Part shown: positions 22,656 to 32,733 of the stretch, piece by piece | How the letters are laid out: every line of letters begins with the position of its first letter | Position numbering within the stretch: position 1 is the first letter of the stretch | Assembly: GCA_037440465.1 (NCBI GenBank) | Contig: JBBIUB010000003.1 | Span: 29,811 to 93,810, forward strand | DNA: 64,000 nucleotides | Direction: 5' to 3' | DNA from: Coprothermobacterota bacterium | GTDB taxonomy: Bacteria > Coprothermobacterota > HKB111 | Notes under the pieces: model-generated | What the model was told of the DNA's origin: nothing | Database searches by the model: none | Seen by the model: only the letters and a program-made list of their open reading frames with translations | Program-made: the position numbers and the translations under genes

Positions 22656-22760
22656 ATGGCGATTTTTATCTGTAGTAATTGCGGCCATAAAGTTGAGGCA
22701 AGATGTAAGCCTGGAAAGTGCCCTAACTGTGGTAGCACTGACAGTTTCAAAAAGTCGTAA
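22656..22760 (+). CDS. RCKP-type rubredoxin-like small protein (34 aa)
   Basis: Not in the ORF track. AAGGAGG SD, then MAIFICSNCGHKVEARCKPGKCPNCGSTDSFKKS with two CxxC motifs and RCKP. Confidence 0.85.
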   Translation: MAIFICSNCGHKVEARCKPGKCPNCGSTDSFKKS

Positions 22761-22761
22761 A

Positions 22762-23871
22762 ATGGATAGCATCAGCACAGTTTTTTTCGTGAGCTTGCGT
22801 GCAGAAAGCAAGACAACAAGCCTTATTGAGAAGCTCAGGAGAGCTTTTAAGGCTACAAATCCTGAGAAAATTTTCCAGAAAAATGACATTATTGCAATAA
22901 AAACACACTTTGGTGAACCGGGTAACACTGGATTTGTTTCACCAATTTATTTTCATCCTCTTGTAGATGAGTTACTTTATTTAAACACTAAACCGTTCCT
23001 CACTGATAGCAACACACTTTACGTAGGGCAAAGAGCTAATAGCGTTGACCATTTGAAGGCAGCTAATCGACATGGATTTTCCTACTCTACATTTCAAATT
23101 CCTACCATCATTGCAGATGGCCTCCTGGGTAATGATGTAGTTGAAGTTGTAGTCAACCTTAAACACTTCAAGACAATCCCAGTCTCTTCGTCCTGCTATT
23201 TTGCTTCCTCTTTCCTGGTTGTTTCCCATGTTAAAGGACATATGGGTTTTGGTTTTGGTGGAGCTCTTAAAAATGTTGGAATGGGTATGATAGGAAGGAT
23301 GGGAAAATATCGTATTCATTCTTCAACCAAACCCTCACAAAAGCTGGAGAATTGCATTAGTTGCAGTCTATGTATCCCTGTTTGTCCCGGAAATGCCCTT
23401 TCTTTAGGTTCAGATAATATAATCAATATTGATTATGAAAAGTGCATTGGATGTGGGGCTTGTATACCTGCATGCCCTCAGCATGTATTCCGTTTTGATT
23501 GGGACAAAGCCTCAAAAACTATGTACGAGAAATTAGCAGAAGCATGCTTGGGAGTTCTTAAAGGTAAGAAATCTGTTTTCTTTAATTTTTTAATTGACAT
23601 CACTCCTGATTGTGATTGTGCTTCCTGGAGTGATTCCCCAGTAGCTAAAGACATCGGAATATTGATCTCCAGAGACCCTGTGGCTATAGACCAAGCTTCT
23701 CTTGACCTTCTCAAAACCACCCGACCACTTCACCCATCGGCTTTAAGAGACGAGATTAAAGAAGACCCCCTAAGCAACCTGCGTCCACAACTTCACCCTC
23801 AAACCCTTCTGGACTATGCTAATTTTATTGGCCTTGGAAATAAAAAATACCAGTTGGAAGAAATTAAGTGA
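22762..23871 (+). CDS. DUF362 domain Fe-S protein
   Basis: IKTHFGEPGN, LTDSNTLY, SHVKGH, GGALKNVGMG, two 4Fe-4S motifs, PDCDC, DPVAIDQAS. Start moved to ATG 22762, just after the rubredoxin stop. Confidence 0.88.
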   Translation: MDSISTVFFVSLRAESKTTSLIEKLRRAFKATNPEKIFQKNDIIAIKTHFGEPGNTGFVSPIYFHPLVDELLYLNTKPFLTDSNTLYVGQRANSVDHLKAANRHGFSYSTFQIPTIIADGLLGNDVVEVVVNLKHFKTIPVSSSCYFASSFLVVSHVKGHMGFGFGGALKNVGMGMIGRMGKYRIHSSTKPSQKLENCISCSLCIPVCPGNALSLGSDNIINIDYEKCIGCGACIPACPQHVFRFDWDKASKTMYEKLAEACLGVLKGKKSVFFNFLIDITPDCDCASWSDSPVAKDIGILISRDPVAIDQASLDLLKTTRPLHPSALRDEIKEDPLSNLRPQLHPQTLLDYANFIGLGNKKYQLEEIK

Positions 23872-24293
23872 AGATTTATTTTGCTGGCTCTATACTAGGT
23901 GGGAGAAAATACGAAAAGACCTATCAAATGATTGTAGATTATCTTAAAGATTGTGGCCATTTCGTACTAACAGAACATGTGGCTTATCCAAAAAAGGTAT
24001 TAAGCTTGAAAGGAAGTAAAAATTTATTCATTCAAGATATGGAATGGTTAGCTGAGTGCGATCTTCTAATTGCTGAGGTTAGTAATCCTTCTTTAGGAGT
24101 GGGTTATGAAATAGCTACTGCCATACAGGCTAATAAACCCGTACTTTGCCTTTATCAAGAAGGGGTAAGTGTCTCCAATCTCATTGTGGATAATACTTCT
24201 GAAAATATAACTATAAATTCCTATCAGAATGAACTCGAACTGAAGGAAAAGATAAAAAAGTACCTTAACCTTACAAAAAATGAGGTTTTTTGA
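23868..24293 (+). CDS. Nucleoside 2-deoxyribosyltransferase / DNPH1(Rcl)-like N-glycosidase
   Basis: KIYFAGSILGGR, VLTEHV, IAEVSNPSLGVGYE. Confidence 0.85.
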   Translation: MKIYFAGSILGGRKYEKTYQMIVDYLKDCGHFVLTEHVAYPKKVLSLKGSKNLFIQDMEWLAECDLLIAEVSNPSLGVGYEIATAIQANKPVLCLYQEGVSVSNLIVDNTSENITINSYQNELELKEKIKKYLNLTKNEVF

Positions 24294-25060
24294 AACTGAA
24301 CCTTAATACAGGAATTATTGGGCATAAGATATTCTGTATTTACTCTACCTCCTCTACCAATAACATAGCCCGTAATTTAGCTGAAGAAGGTCAATTAGAA
24401 GGTACAGCTGTTCTGGCAGAGGAACAGACTGGTGGCAGGGGAAGAAATCAAAAAAGCTGGTTTTCACCGCAAGGTAGTGGTATTTATTTATCTATTATTC
24501 TAAAGCCTGTCATACCTCAAGAAAAGGTCGGACTTATTACATTAATTGCCGGCCTGGCTATAGCAGAAGCGATGGAAAAAGTAAGCGATGTAAGGGTAGA
24601 TATAAAATGGCCAAATGATTTAATTATTAATGGTAGAAAGGTAGGTGGTATCCTAACCGAAGCTTTCTTTGATTCTGAAAATCTTAAATACATAATTCTG
24701 GGCATAGGAATTAATGTAACAGGTAGTGATACAGAATTTCCTCTGGAACTTAGAGGTAAAGCTACTACTTTAGAAATTGAAGCAGGAAAACAGCTTGATA
24801 AGAAAACATTATTAATACAACTTTTGGAAAACCTTGAAGATGAATACCGTAATTTTTGCTTATCTTACTCTTTAGACTTAAAGAAAATAAAGGAAAAGAT
24901 GGCTTTTATGTGGGGAAGAGAAGGTTTATTTTTTGAGCACGACAAAGTAGTTCATAAAGGAACCATAATTGACTTAAATGGAGATGGTTCTCTGATTCTT
25001 CAAAGTAATGGGAAAACTATTAGTATCTATCATGGGGAGTTGAGCCTTCAAATACAGTGA
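24290..25060 (+). CDS. birA: Biotin--protein ligase (no HTH domain)
   Basis: STNN, QTGGRGR, KWPND, RKVGGIL, GIGINV. Confidence 0.92.
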   Translation: MKLNLNTGIIGHKIFCIYSTSSTNNIARNLAEEGQLEGTAVLAEEQTGGRGRNQKSWFSPQGSGIYLSIILKPVIPQEKVGLITLIAGLAIAEAMEKVSDVRVDIKWPNDLIINGRKVGGILTEAFFDSENLKYIILGIGINVTGSDTEFPLELRGKATTLEIEAGKQLDKKTLLIQLLENLEDEYRNFCLSYSLDLKKIKEKMAFMWGREGLFFEHDKVVHKGTIIDLNGDGSLILQSNGKTISIYHGELSLQIQ

Positions 25061-26103
25061 AAACCAGAATATTACAGATAGACCCTTTAAACCTAAAACC
25101 TGAAATATTGGAGGAAGCAGTTTTCATCCTGAGAAGGGGTGGATTAGTAGCTTTTCCCACAGAGACTGTCTATGGCCTTGGTGGAGATACTTTCAAGGTT
25201 GAATCTATAAAAAAAATCTATAAAACAAAAGGAAGGCCTATTGATAATCCCTTGATAGTTCACATTTCTTCGCTGGATGAAGTTGACAAAGTAGTTAAAG
25301 AGATTCCAGACATGGCTTACAAACTCATGGAGATTTTCTTCCCTGGACCTCTAACCCTAATCCTTCCCCGTAAAGAGGATGTTCCTCCTGAGGTCTCAGC
25401 CTTTCTCCCCACCGTAGCTGTTCGCATGCCAGCTCATCCAGTTGCCCTTACCTTAATAAAATTACTGAACTCCCCCATAGCCGCCCCCAGCGCAAATAAA
25501 TCCTCGAGAGTAAGCCCCGTTACAGCCAGCCATGTCTACGAAGAACTAAAAGGAGAAATAGACCTTATCCTTGATGGCGGAAAGACACCACTGGGACTGG
25601 AATCTACTGTGGTTGACCTTACAAAAAAACTGCCTTTTATTCTAAGACCCGGTGTGATATCTTTAGAAGAATTAAGAGAGTTTATACCCTCTATAGAAGA
25701 GATAAACTATCTCGATTCATCCGATTTGTTAGAGAAACCCCTCTCTCCAGGTATGAAGTACAAACACTACTCTCCTAAAATTCCCTTAATTCTATTCACT
25801 GGCTCTATTCCTAACCTCTGGCAGGAAATCCAGAAAGAAAAAATAGAAAGGGAAGATAAAGGTGAAAGAGTTGGACTTCTTTTAACTGAAGAGGGGTTTA
25901 ATTATCTTGGAAAACCAAAAGATATCGCAATAATGGGCTCAATAAATAATCCAATGGAAGTAGCTTCACGCCTTTATCTAACTCTTAGAGATCTGGAAAA
26001 AGAGTTCACTGCTATATTAGTTGAAGGGTTGGAGGAAAAAGGTGTTGGGAGAGCCATTATGAACCGTCTAAAAAAAGCTTCCTGTAAAATTATTAAAGTT
26101 TAA
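25057..26103 (+). CDS. sua5: L-threonylcarbamoyladenylate synthase, Sua5 type
   Basis: FPTETVYGL, KGRPIDNPLIVH, AAPSAN, ESTVVD, SPGMKYKHYSP linker and SUA5 domain. Confidence 0.93.
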   Translation: MKTRILQIDPLNLKPEILEEAVFILRRGGLVAFPTETVYGLGGDTFKVESIKKIYKTKGRPIDNPLIVHISSLDEVDKVVKEIPDMAYKLMEIFFPGPLTLILPRKEDVPPEVSAFLPTVAVRMPAHPVALTLIKLLNSPIAAPSANKSSRVSPVTASHVYEELKGEIDLILDGGKTPLGLESTVVDLTKKLPFILRPGVISLEELREFIPSIEEINYLDSSDLLEKPLSPGMKYKHYSPKIPLILFTGSIPNLWQEIQKEKIEREDKGERVGLLLTEEGFNYLGKPKDIAIMGSINNPMEVASRLYLTLRDLEKEFTAILVEGLEEKGVGRAIMNRLKKASCKIIKV

Positions 26104-26106
26104 ATC

Positions 26107-28131
26107 TTAAAAACTGAATCCCTTCTCTGTAAAAAGTCTGAAACAAGCGTCTACTGCCTCGGGTTCATAAAGTATTCCTTTATTCTGGGTAATCTCTTTC
26201 ATTGTCTCTTCAAGCCCATGAGCAGGTCTATAAGGACGATGACTTAACATAGCTTCAACGACATCGGCTACAGCTATTATTTTTGCCAGAAGAAGCATCT
26301 CTCTGTCTTTGAGACCCCGGGGATATCCTGACCCATCTAATCTTTCATGATGTTGGAGAGTAATTTCAGCAACAGGCCAGTGGAATTCTATATTCTTCAG
26401 GATATCGTAACCTGCCTGAGAGTGTGTTTTAATTATACTGAACTCAACCTCTGTCAATTTTTTTGGTTTTGTAAGAATTTCTGCTGGAACATTTACTTTA
26501 CCAACATCGTGTAGTAGTCCTATAACTCTGATGGCTTCTACTTCCTCCTCTTTAAGATTCATCTCCCTCGTTATAGCACAAGCCAGCTTACTTACCCTTT
26601 CCTGATGACCTGAGGTATAAAGGTCTCTCAATTCAGTAGATACAACCAGGGCATATACAGCCCCTTCAACCATCTTTTTAAATTGATGTAAAATCTCTCT
26701 CAGTTTTTCTTCTGCTTGTTTATGCTCAGTAATATCCACTATAGATGCAATGTTTCTCTTTGTTCCTGGTATCATTTCCACTACATTATAAACATTTAAA
26801 ACTTTCCCTTCTCTGTTCAAGAAGTGGAACTCGTAATTTCTGGGTGCAGCCTTTGGGTCAATCCTTCTCATTTTGTGATATTTAAGCATCCATTCTAAAT
26901 CTTCAGGTTTAGTAAATTCTGTCCAGGCTTTCTTCCCTTCAATCTCTTCCTTAGAATAACCTGACATTTTTTCAAACTCACTGTTAGCTAGGATTATAGT
27001 ATTATCGTCGTCTTCAATAATAGTTGCTGTTCCAGTATTTTCAAAAATTACTCGGTAAAGCTCTTCTTTCTCACTTAACTCTTCACGAGATTCTTCTATT
27101 ACTCCCAACATCCCATTAATTGAATTAGCTAGCATAGATATCTCATCATTTCCTTTTAGATAAATATGCTCCGAGAGATCTCCACTTAAAGTAATGCGTT
27201 TTACAGAATCGCTGAGTTTAGTTAGTCGTGAAAGCACTACCTTGTTTAAAAAAGAAGTGATTATCAATCCAAACACTATACTTATTACCAACATAGAGAA
27301 GATATTAAGGTAAATATCTCTCCTGCCCTGCTGTAAAATTTCCCTTGAGCTATCCACCCTTAGTATCAGAATAGGATTTCTATAAACATCCTTGAGCACG
27401 GTATATCCTGCTATTGTAAAAGAATCCACTGGATTAACATAAACTGATTCATTATTAACCAGATGTGTTTTTGCTTTCTGGAAATCGGATAATACTGGTT
27501 CATTAAAGTTGGAAATGCTTATTGAAAGTCTGGTAAGCCCAGTTAATTTTCTTAATAGGTTGTTATCCAGATAACGACCCATAACAAGCACCCCATTGGT
27601 AGGTCCAATTTCATTACTTTTCAGTATATACCTTGAAGCCACGAGGAGAGGGTTTTCAGAAAGTATGATGATACCAGCAGTACCTTTATTTACATCAGGG
27701 TTACGTAAGGGACCGTTTTCATTATCAAAGTACTCATTAATGGAGGGCGTTAAAGGTATTTTCAAACTAGTATTCAGGTCAAAGTATGTACCATAAAGAA
27801 TTTCACCTGTCAGTTTTCTAAACAACATTAGATTGAGTTTCAGATTGGAAAAGGTTTCATCTAATAAATTCGAATCTATATAATGCTGATTTGCGTCATT
27901 CATAAATTCATAGGTATCATCCCAAACACCCCAGTCATAAGTCAGGATGCTCAATCTTCCTATTTCTTCTGACAACGCCTCAACCACTCTCTCAATATTC
28001 TGGCCAGTCTTCTCTAATTCCATTCTCTCTATATAATCAAGTTGAATATAAGAAGAAATAGCTGTCATAACCACTATTAAAATAATAAAGGTTATTCCAA
28101 AAACTATAGGAACTCTTGTTCTAAGTTTCAC
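26107..28131 (-). CDS. Membrane CHASE4-HAMP-PAS-HD-GYP phosphodiesterase
   Basis: DWGVWDDTYEF (CHASE4), two TM helices, DEISMLANSIN (HAMP), PAS, HDVGK and HHERLDGSGYP. Confidence 0.9.
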   Translation of the reverse strand: MKLRTRVPIVFGITFIILIVVMTAISSYIQLDYIERMELEKTGQNIERVVEALSEEIGRLSILTYDWGVWDDTYEFMNDANQHYIDSNLLDETFSNLKLNLMLFRKLTGEILYGTYFDLNTSLKIPLTPSINEYFDNENGPLRNPDVNKGTAGIIILSENPLLVASRYILKSNEIGPTNGVLVMGRYLDNNLLRKLTGLTRLSISISNFNEPVLSDFQKAKTHLVNNESVYVNPVDSFTIAGYTVLKDVYRNPILILRVDSSREILQQGRRDIYLNIFSMLVISIVFGLIITSFLNKVVLSRLTKLSDSVKRITLSGDLSEHIYLKGNDEISMLANSINGMLGVIEESREELSEKEELYRVIFENTGTATIIEDDDNTIILANSEFEKMSGYSKEEIEGKKAWTEFTKPEDLEWMLKYHKMRRIDPKAAPRNYEFHFLNREGKVLNVYNVVEMIPGTKRNIASIVDITEHKQAEEKLREILHQFKKMVEGAVYALVVSTELRDLYTSGHQERVSKLACAITREMNLKEEEVEAIRVIGLLHDVGKVNVPAEILTKPKKLTEVEFSIIKTHSQAGYDILKNIEFHWPVAEITLQHHERLDGSGYPRGLKDREMLLLAKIIAVADVVEAMLSHRPYRPAHGLEETMKEITQNKGILYEPEAVDACFRLFTEKGFSF

Positions 28132-28390
28132 AATTTATATCCTATGGATAGTTTACTGATAAATAGTATATGTTTCTCAATTTTACATTTCATATTATTA
28201 ATACGTTAATCCTCCACACAATTGCTATTGTAACACACAATTTTTTACTTGAATAACTTATTTATAAAGAATTTTAACTAAGTATAATTATCCGTAAACA
28301 TCATCTAAGAAATAATTTTACTTAAATCAATCTGTCTTTAAGGTAAAATAAGAGTGACAATCTGAAAATTATTATAGGGAGGAAAAACTT

Positions 28391-29725
28391 GTGAAGATAT
28401 CTATACTCGGTGGCGGAGGAACCAGAACTCCCCTTTTAGTGAAGGGGTTTTTAACCATGGAAGAAAAACTCGGGTTAGAAGAGATATCACTTATGGACAT
28501 AGATGAAGAACGGCTACTTCTCATTAAAAAGGTCCTTGACGAAATAAGTAGAGAAACAGGCGAGAAGGTAAGGTTAACATATACTCTCGATATAAAAGCA
28601 AGCATAGATAATGCCTCTTTTGTAGTCTGTGCCATTCGGGTGGGTGGAGAAAAATTGAGGATTCTGGATGAAAAAATTCCCTTAAGTTTTAATGTACTTG
28701 GTCAGGAGACCATGGGTCCCGGTGGCTTTGCTATGGCAGTCAGAACAATCCCTGTTGTGTTAAAAATAGCCGATCAACTTAACGAAGTGAATCCTGAAGC
28801 CTGGTTAATAAACTTCACAAATCCGTCTGGAATTATCACTCAATCTTTGGTAAGCCATTCTCCCCTAAAAAAAGTAGTAGGGATATGCGATGCCCCCTCT
28901 TACCTTCAGAAGGTTATCGCATACTTCATGAATAAAAAGGAAGAGGATATATTCCTTGACTACTTCGGACTAAACCACTTCGGGTGGATAAAGGGAGTTT
29001 ATGTAGATGGAAAAGATCTGTTACCATCCATCCTCAATCTAATCACGAAAACTCCTGACTTTGAGAAAATTACCAGGTTTCCTCCTGACCTTCTGACATT
29101 AATCAAAATGCTTCCTAACCCTTATCTTTATTACTATTATTTCAAGAATGAAGCCACCAAAAACCTGATAATGGCAGAGAAAACCCGTGGTGAAATAATA
29201 AAAGAGATGAATGATGAACTCTTCAGCTCTCTTAAAGAAAGTAAAATTCCACTTCTCACTTATAATAACTACATTTCTATGAGAGAATCCTCTCCTATAA
29301 CTATGGCTGAATTTTTTAATGAAAATATGTCCTTCGCTGAAGGAGAAGGCTATGTAGATGTGGCGTTAAAAGTTATAGAAGGACTTTCAGGAAGTGAAAA
29401 TAAATCAGTAATTATAAATACAAAAAATTTAACAGCTTCACCAGGATTTAATGAAGATGATGTAGTGGAAGTACCATCAATAATAAGAAATGGTTTCGTT
29501 CGACCCATCAGTACAGGAAATATTCCTTCTGAATGTTTGAATATTCTCAAACAATTAAAAACATACGAACACTTGCTTATTGAAGGGGTAACAACTTCTT
29601 CGTATAACACCCTCCTTTACGCTCTTACTCTGAACCTCTGGATACCATCTTATAACCTGGCACGCAAGATTCTTGATTCTTTTATAGAAGAAGAAAAAGA
29701 CTATTTTCCTGATCTTACAAAATAA
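28391..29725 (+). CDS. Family 4 glycoside hydrolase (6-phospho-beta-glucosidase-like)
   Basis: LGGGGTRTP NAD site, GQETMGPGG, NFTNPSG, GICDAP, GLNHF. Confidence 0.9.
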   Translation: MKISILGGGGTRTPLLVKGFLTMEEKLGLEEISLMDIDEERLLLIKKVLDEISRETGEKVRLTYTLDIKASIDNASFVVCAIRVGGEKLRILDEKIPLSFNVLGQETMGPGGFAMAVRTIPVVLKIADQLNEVNPEAWLINFTNPSGIITQSLVSHSPLKKVVGICDAPSYLQKVIAYFMNKKEEDIFLDYFGLNHFGWIKGVYVDGKDLLPSILNLITKTPDFEKITRFPPDLLTLIKMLPNPYLYYYYFKNEATKNLIMAEKTRGEIIKEMNDELFSSLKESKIPLLTYNNYISMRESSPITMAEFFNENMSFAEGEGYVDVALKVIEGLSGSENKSVIINTKNLTASPGFNEDDVVEVPSIIRNGFVRPISTGNIPSECLNILKQLKTYEHLLIEGVTTSSYNTLLYALTLNLWIPSYNLARKILDSFIEEEKDYFPDLTK

Positions 29726-29782
29726 GAAAAGGGAACACATGATAGTATTAAATAGACTACATCCATATAAGGAGAAGAATTA

Positions 29783-30532
29783 ATGACTAATAAGAAAGTA
29801 AAATATCTTATCCCCATCCCGAAAATAGAAGAAGGTCATAAATTCCTCATTGTCCAACCACATCCAGATGATGCTGACATCTATGCTGGTGGTTTTGCAG
29901 CTTCCATGATAGAAAAAGGGAAAGAAGTAGTATATGTAACTGTAACTGATGGTGCAATGGGTACCACAGATAGAACTCTTAAACCAGTTGAGTTAGCTAC
30001 TATAAGGAGAAGTGAAGCCGAAACATCAGCTAAAACTCTGGGAGTTAATAGATTAATCTTTCTCGGATATCCTGACGCAGATGCCATCACACACAAAGAA
30101 CTCAGAAGAGACTTCATCGGATTAATTCGTCAAGAAAAGCCAGACGGCATACTCCTTCCAGACCCCTGGCTTCCCTACGAAGCTCACACCGGACATGTAA
30201 TAGTGGGGTTGGCAGGAGCAGAAGCAGCTTTATTTTCACCCTTACCTCATTTTGAACCAAAGGGAGAACCCCACGAATTAAAGTTAGTAGCCTTTTACAC
30301 CTCACACAAACCTAATACATTTGTTGATATAACTCCCTTCTGGGAGAAGAAACTTAAAGCTATCAGTATGCATAAAAGTCAATTTTCTCCGGATTTATTC
30401 AAGTTATTTTCCATATACCTGGAAGTTATGTCAAGAGAATGGGGCGAAGATGGTGGTTTTGAAAAAGCAGAAGCTTTTAAAGTCCTTACTCTCTATCATC
30501 TTCATGGAAATGTAGATACCTGGGAATTATAA
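29783..30532 (+). CDS. PIG-L/LmbE family deacetylase (diacetylchitobiose deacetylase-like)
   Basis: QPHPDDA, VTDGAMG, RRSEA, PDPWLPYEAH, HKSQF, AEAFKVL. Confidence 0.85.
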   Translation: MTNKKVKYLIPIPKIEEGHKFLIVQPHPDDADIYAGGFAASMIEKGKEVVYVTVTDGAMGTTDRTLKPVELATIRRSEAETSAKTLGVNRLIFLGYPDADAITHKELRRDFIGLIRQEKPDGILLPDPWLPYEAHTGHVIVGLAGAEAALFSPLPHFEPKGEPHELKLVAFYTSHKPNTFVDITPFWEKKLKAISMHKSQFSPDLFKLFSIYLEVMSREWGEDGGFEKAEAFKVLTLYHLHGNVDTWEL

Positions 30533-30597
30533 TAATTAAATAGATGATTTAAAAAATTATGTTTAAAATAAAACAAAACTGAGGAGGTGTTATTATT

Positions 30598-31566
30598 ATG
30601 AATTTCTTCTTAGGAGTTGACGGTGGAGCTACTAAAACAAAAGCAGTTATTGGGGATAATAATGGTAATATTCTTGGTAAAGGTGAGGGGCCTCCATCAA
30701 ATTATCACTTGATTGGTTTGGAAGGAGCTATGGGTGCTATAAAATTAGCTGTAGATGCTGCCCTACTGGAAGCATCTATATCAATAAATAATATTGAAAG
30801 AGCAGTCTTCGGTCTGGCAGGAGCTGACCTTCCAGCTCATTTCAAAGAACTGGAAAAGGGACTAAATAATACCTTCCCTAACCTTTCGCTACGGGTTGTA
30901 AATGACACCTGTGTAGCTCTAAAAGGAGGCAGTAGAAAGGGTTGGGGTGTAGCTTTGGTTTGTGGCACCGGTGCTAATGCTTGTATATGCACTCCACTTG
31001 GAAAATGGTTCACCTTGAGAGGTCTGGGCTACGAAACAGGTCTTGCTGGAGGAGCTATGAATATAATAAGAGACATCCTTCATCACGCTTTCCGCTCACA
31101 TGATGGTATAGGACCCAAAACTAAATTAGAAGAAGAAGTACTAAAATCAGTCAATTTAAATAACTATGATGAAATCGCAGAATTGGTCTTCGGATTCTTC
31201 CTCTTCCCGAATTTTACAAGACCCGAATTTATAAACCTTTTAAATCTTTTACCGATGCTTTTCCAGTTGGCATCAGAAGGTGATGAAATTTCTCAAGATA
31301 TACTCATTCATCACGGAAAAATGTTAGGTGAAATAGCAGGATGGTTAATTAAAAAGATGGGATTAGAAATGGAAGAGACAGAAGTTGTCCTGGTAGGAGG
31401 AATCTACCAGGGAGTTAATCCTCTTCTAATAGATCAGCTTACTATTTCTCTTCATCAATTGGCTCCAAGAGCAAGGATAGTATTCCCCTTTGCTGAGCCT
31501 GTAATAGGAGGATATCTTGTGGCTTTAGAGGACAGCGGTATTGAGAAACCTGCTGCTTATAAGTAA
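30598..31566 (+). CDS. BadF/BadG/BcrA/BcrD family sugar kinase (GlcNAc kinase-like)
   Basis: LGVDGGATKT, GLAGAD, VVND, CGTGAN. Confidence 0.85.
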   Translation: MNFFLGVDGGATKTKAVIGDNNGNILGKGEGPPSNYHLIGLEGAMGAIKLAVDAALLEASISINNIERAVFGLAGADLPAHFKELEKGLNNTFPNLSLRVVNDTCVALKGGSRKGWGVALVCGTGANACICTPLGKWFTLRGLGYETGLAGGAMNIIRDILHHAFRSHDGIGPKTKLEEEVLKSVNLNNYDEIAELVFGFFLFPNFTRPEFINLLNLLPMLFQLASEGDEISQDILIHHGKMLGEIAGWLIKKMGLEMEETEVVLVGGIYQGVNPLLIDQLTISLHQLAPRARIVFPFAEPVIGGYLVALEDSGIEKPAAYK

Positions 31567-31588
31567 AACATAACTACGGGAGGAAAAA

Positions 31589-32701
31589 GTGGGAATCGGA
31601 GCTGGATTATCTGGACTAAGCTGGGGGAACCTTTTAATGTTTTTGGTAGGGCTTTTCTTGATTTACCTGGGTATATTCAAAAAAATGGAGCCCTTTCTTC
31701 TTATACCTATCGGTTTCGGGGTTATCCTGGCAAACCTTCCAGGAGCTGAGTTAATAGCATTTGATGATACAGGAGAAACAAAAGGAGTGCTTGCTTTAAT
31801 CTATAAGTATGGCATCTCCAGCTCTCTTATTCCCCTTCTTATCTTTCTGGGTCTGGGAGCAGCTGTAGATTTTTCACCAACAATTGCTCGCCCTGTCTCA
31901 CTTCTTTTTGGCGCTGCAGCCCAACTAGGAGTGTTCGCTACAATTATAGTGGCAATCCTGATGGGGTTTAGTCCTGGAGAAGCTGCTTCCATTGGTATAA
32001 TTGGCGGTTCAGATGGTCCACCTACTGTTTATCTAACAGCTCGATTAGCTCCTCAGCTTCTTGGGCCCATTACCCTCGTTGCTTACTCTTATATGGCTTT
32101 AGTTCCTATAATCCAACCTCCTGTAATAAAACTTTTAACATCAAAAAAGGAGAGGGCCATACTCATGAAACCTCAAATACGCTCTGTTTCAAAGTTAGAA
32201 CAGATTATTTTTCCTTTACTTATCCTCCTTCCCTCTGCATTGTTGATTCCAAAAGCAGCACCGCTTCTCGGTATGTTGATGTTCGGTAATATCTTGAGAG
32301 TTAGTGGAGTAACTGAAAGATTAGCCATTTCAGCAAGTGGAGTTTTTCTGGATGTTTTAACTTTTCTTCTTGGTTTATGCGTTGGTGCACTTATGCCTGC
32401 AGAGATTTTCCTTCGCACCCAAACTTTAGCCATTATCTTCCTGGCTGCTATTGCCTTCACTGTTTGTACAGCAGGCGGCATACTAATGGCAAAATTTGTT
32501 AATTTATTTCTTAAGGAACCGATAAACCCATTGATTGGAGCAGCAGGGGTATCTGCTGTACCTATGTCAGCGAGAGTGGTACAAAAACTTGGCCAGGAGG
32601 CAAATCCTGAGAATTTCCTTCTCATGCATGCTATGGGACCAAACGCAGCAGGAGTTATTGCTACATCAGTTGTTGCTGGTTTACTCTTGACTCTATTTTG
32701 A
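31589..32701 (+). CDS. Sodium ion-translocating decarboxylase beta subunit (OadB/GcdB family)
   Basis: EPFLLIPIGFG, GAAAQLG, IGIIGGSDGP, AYSYMALVPIIQPP, NPLIGAAGVSAVPMSARV, HAMGPN. Confidence 0.92.
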   Translation: MGIGAGLSGLSWGNLLMFLVGLFLIYLGIFKKMEPFLLIPIGFGVILANLPGAELIAFDDTGETKGVLALIYKYGISSSLIPLLIFLGLGAAVDFSPTIARPVSLLFGAAAQLGVFATIIVAILMGFSPGEAASIGIIGGSDGPPTVYLTARLAPQLLGPITLVAYSYMALVPIIQPPVIKLLTSKKERAILMKPQIRSVSKLEQIIFPLLILLPSALLIPKAAPLLGMLMFGNILRVSGVTERLAISASGVFLDVLTFLLGLCVGALMPAEIFLRTQTLAIIFLAAIAFTVCTAGGILMAKFVNLFLKEPINPLIGAAGVSAVPMSARVVQKLGQEANPENFLLMHAMGPNAAGVIATSVVAGLLLTLF

Positions 32702-32733
32702 AGGTAAGATTATTAAGCCAATATCTTAGTGTA

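Noticed and set aside
22693..22761. N-terminal extension of the DUF362 ORF
   Set aside because: The region is better explained by the rubredoxin-like gene in another frame, which has a strong SD.
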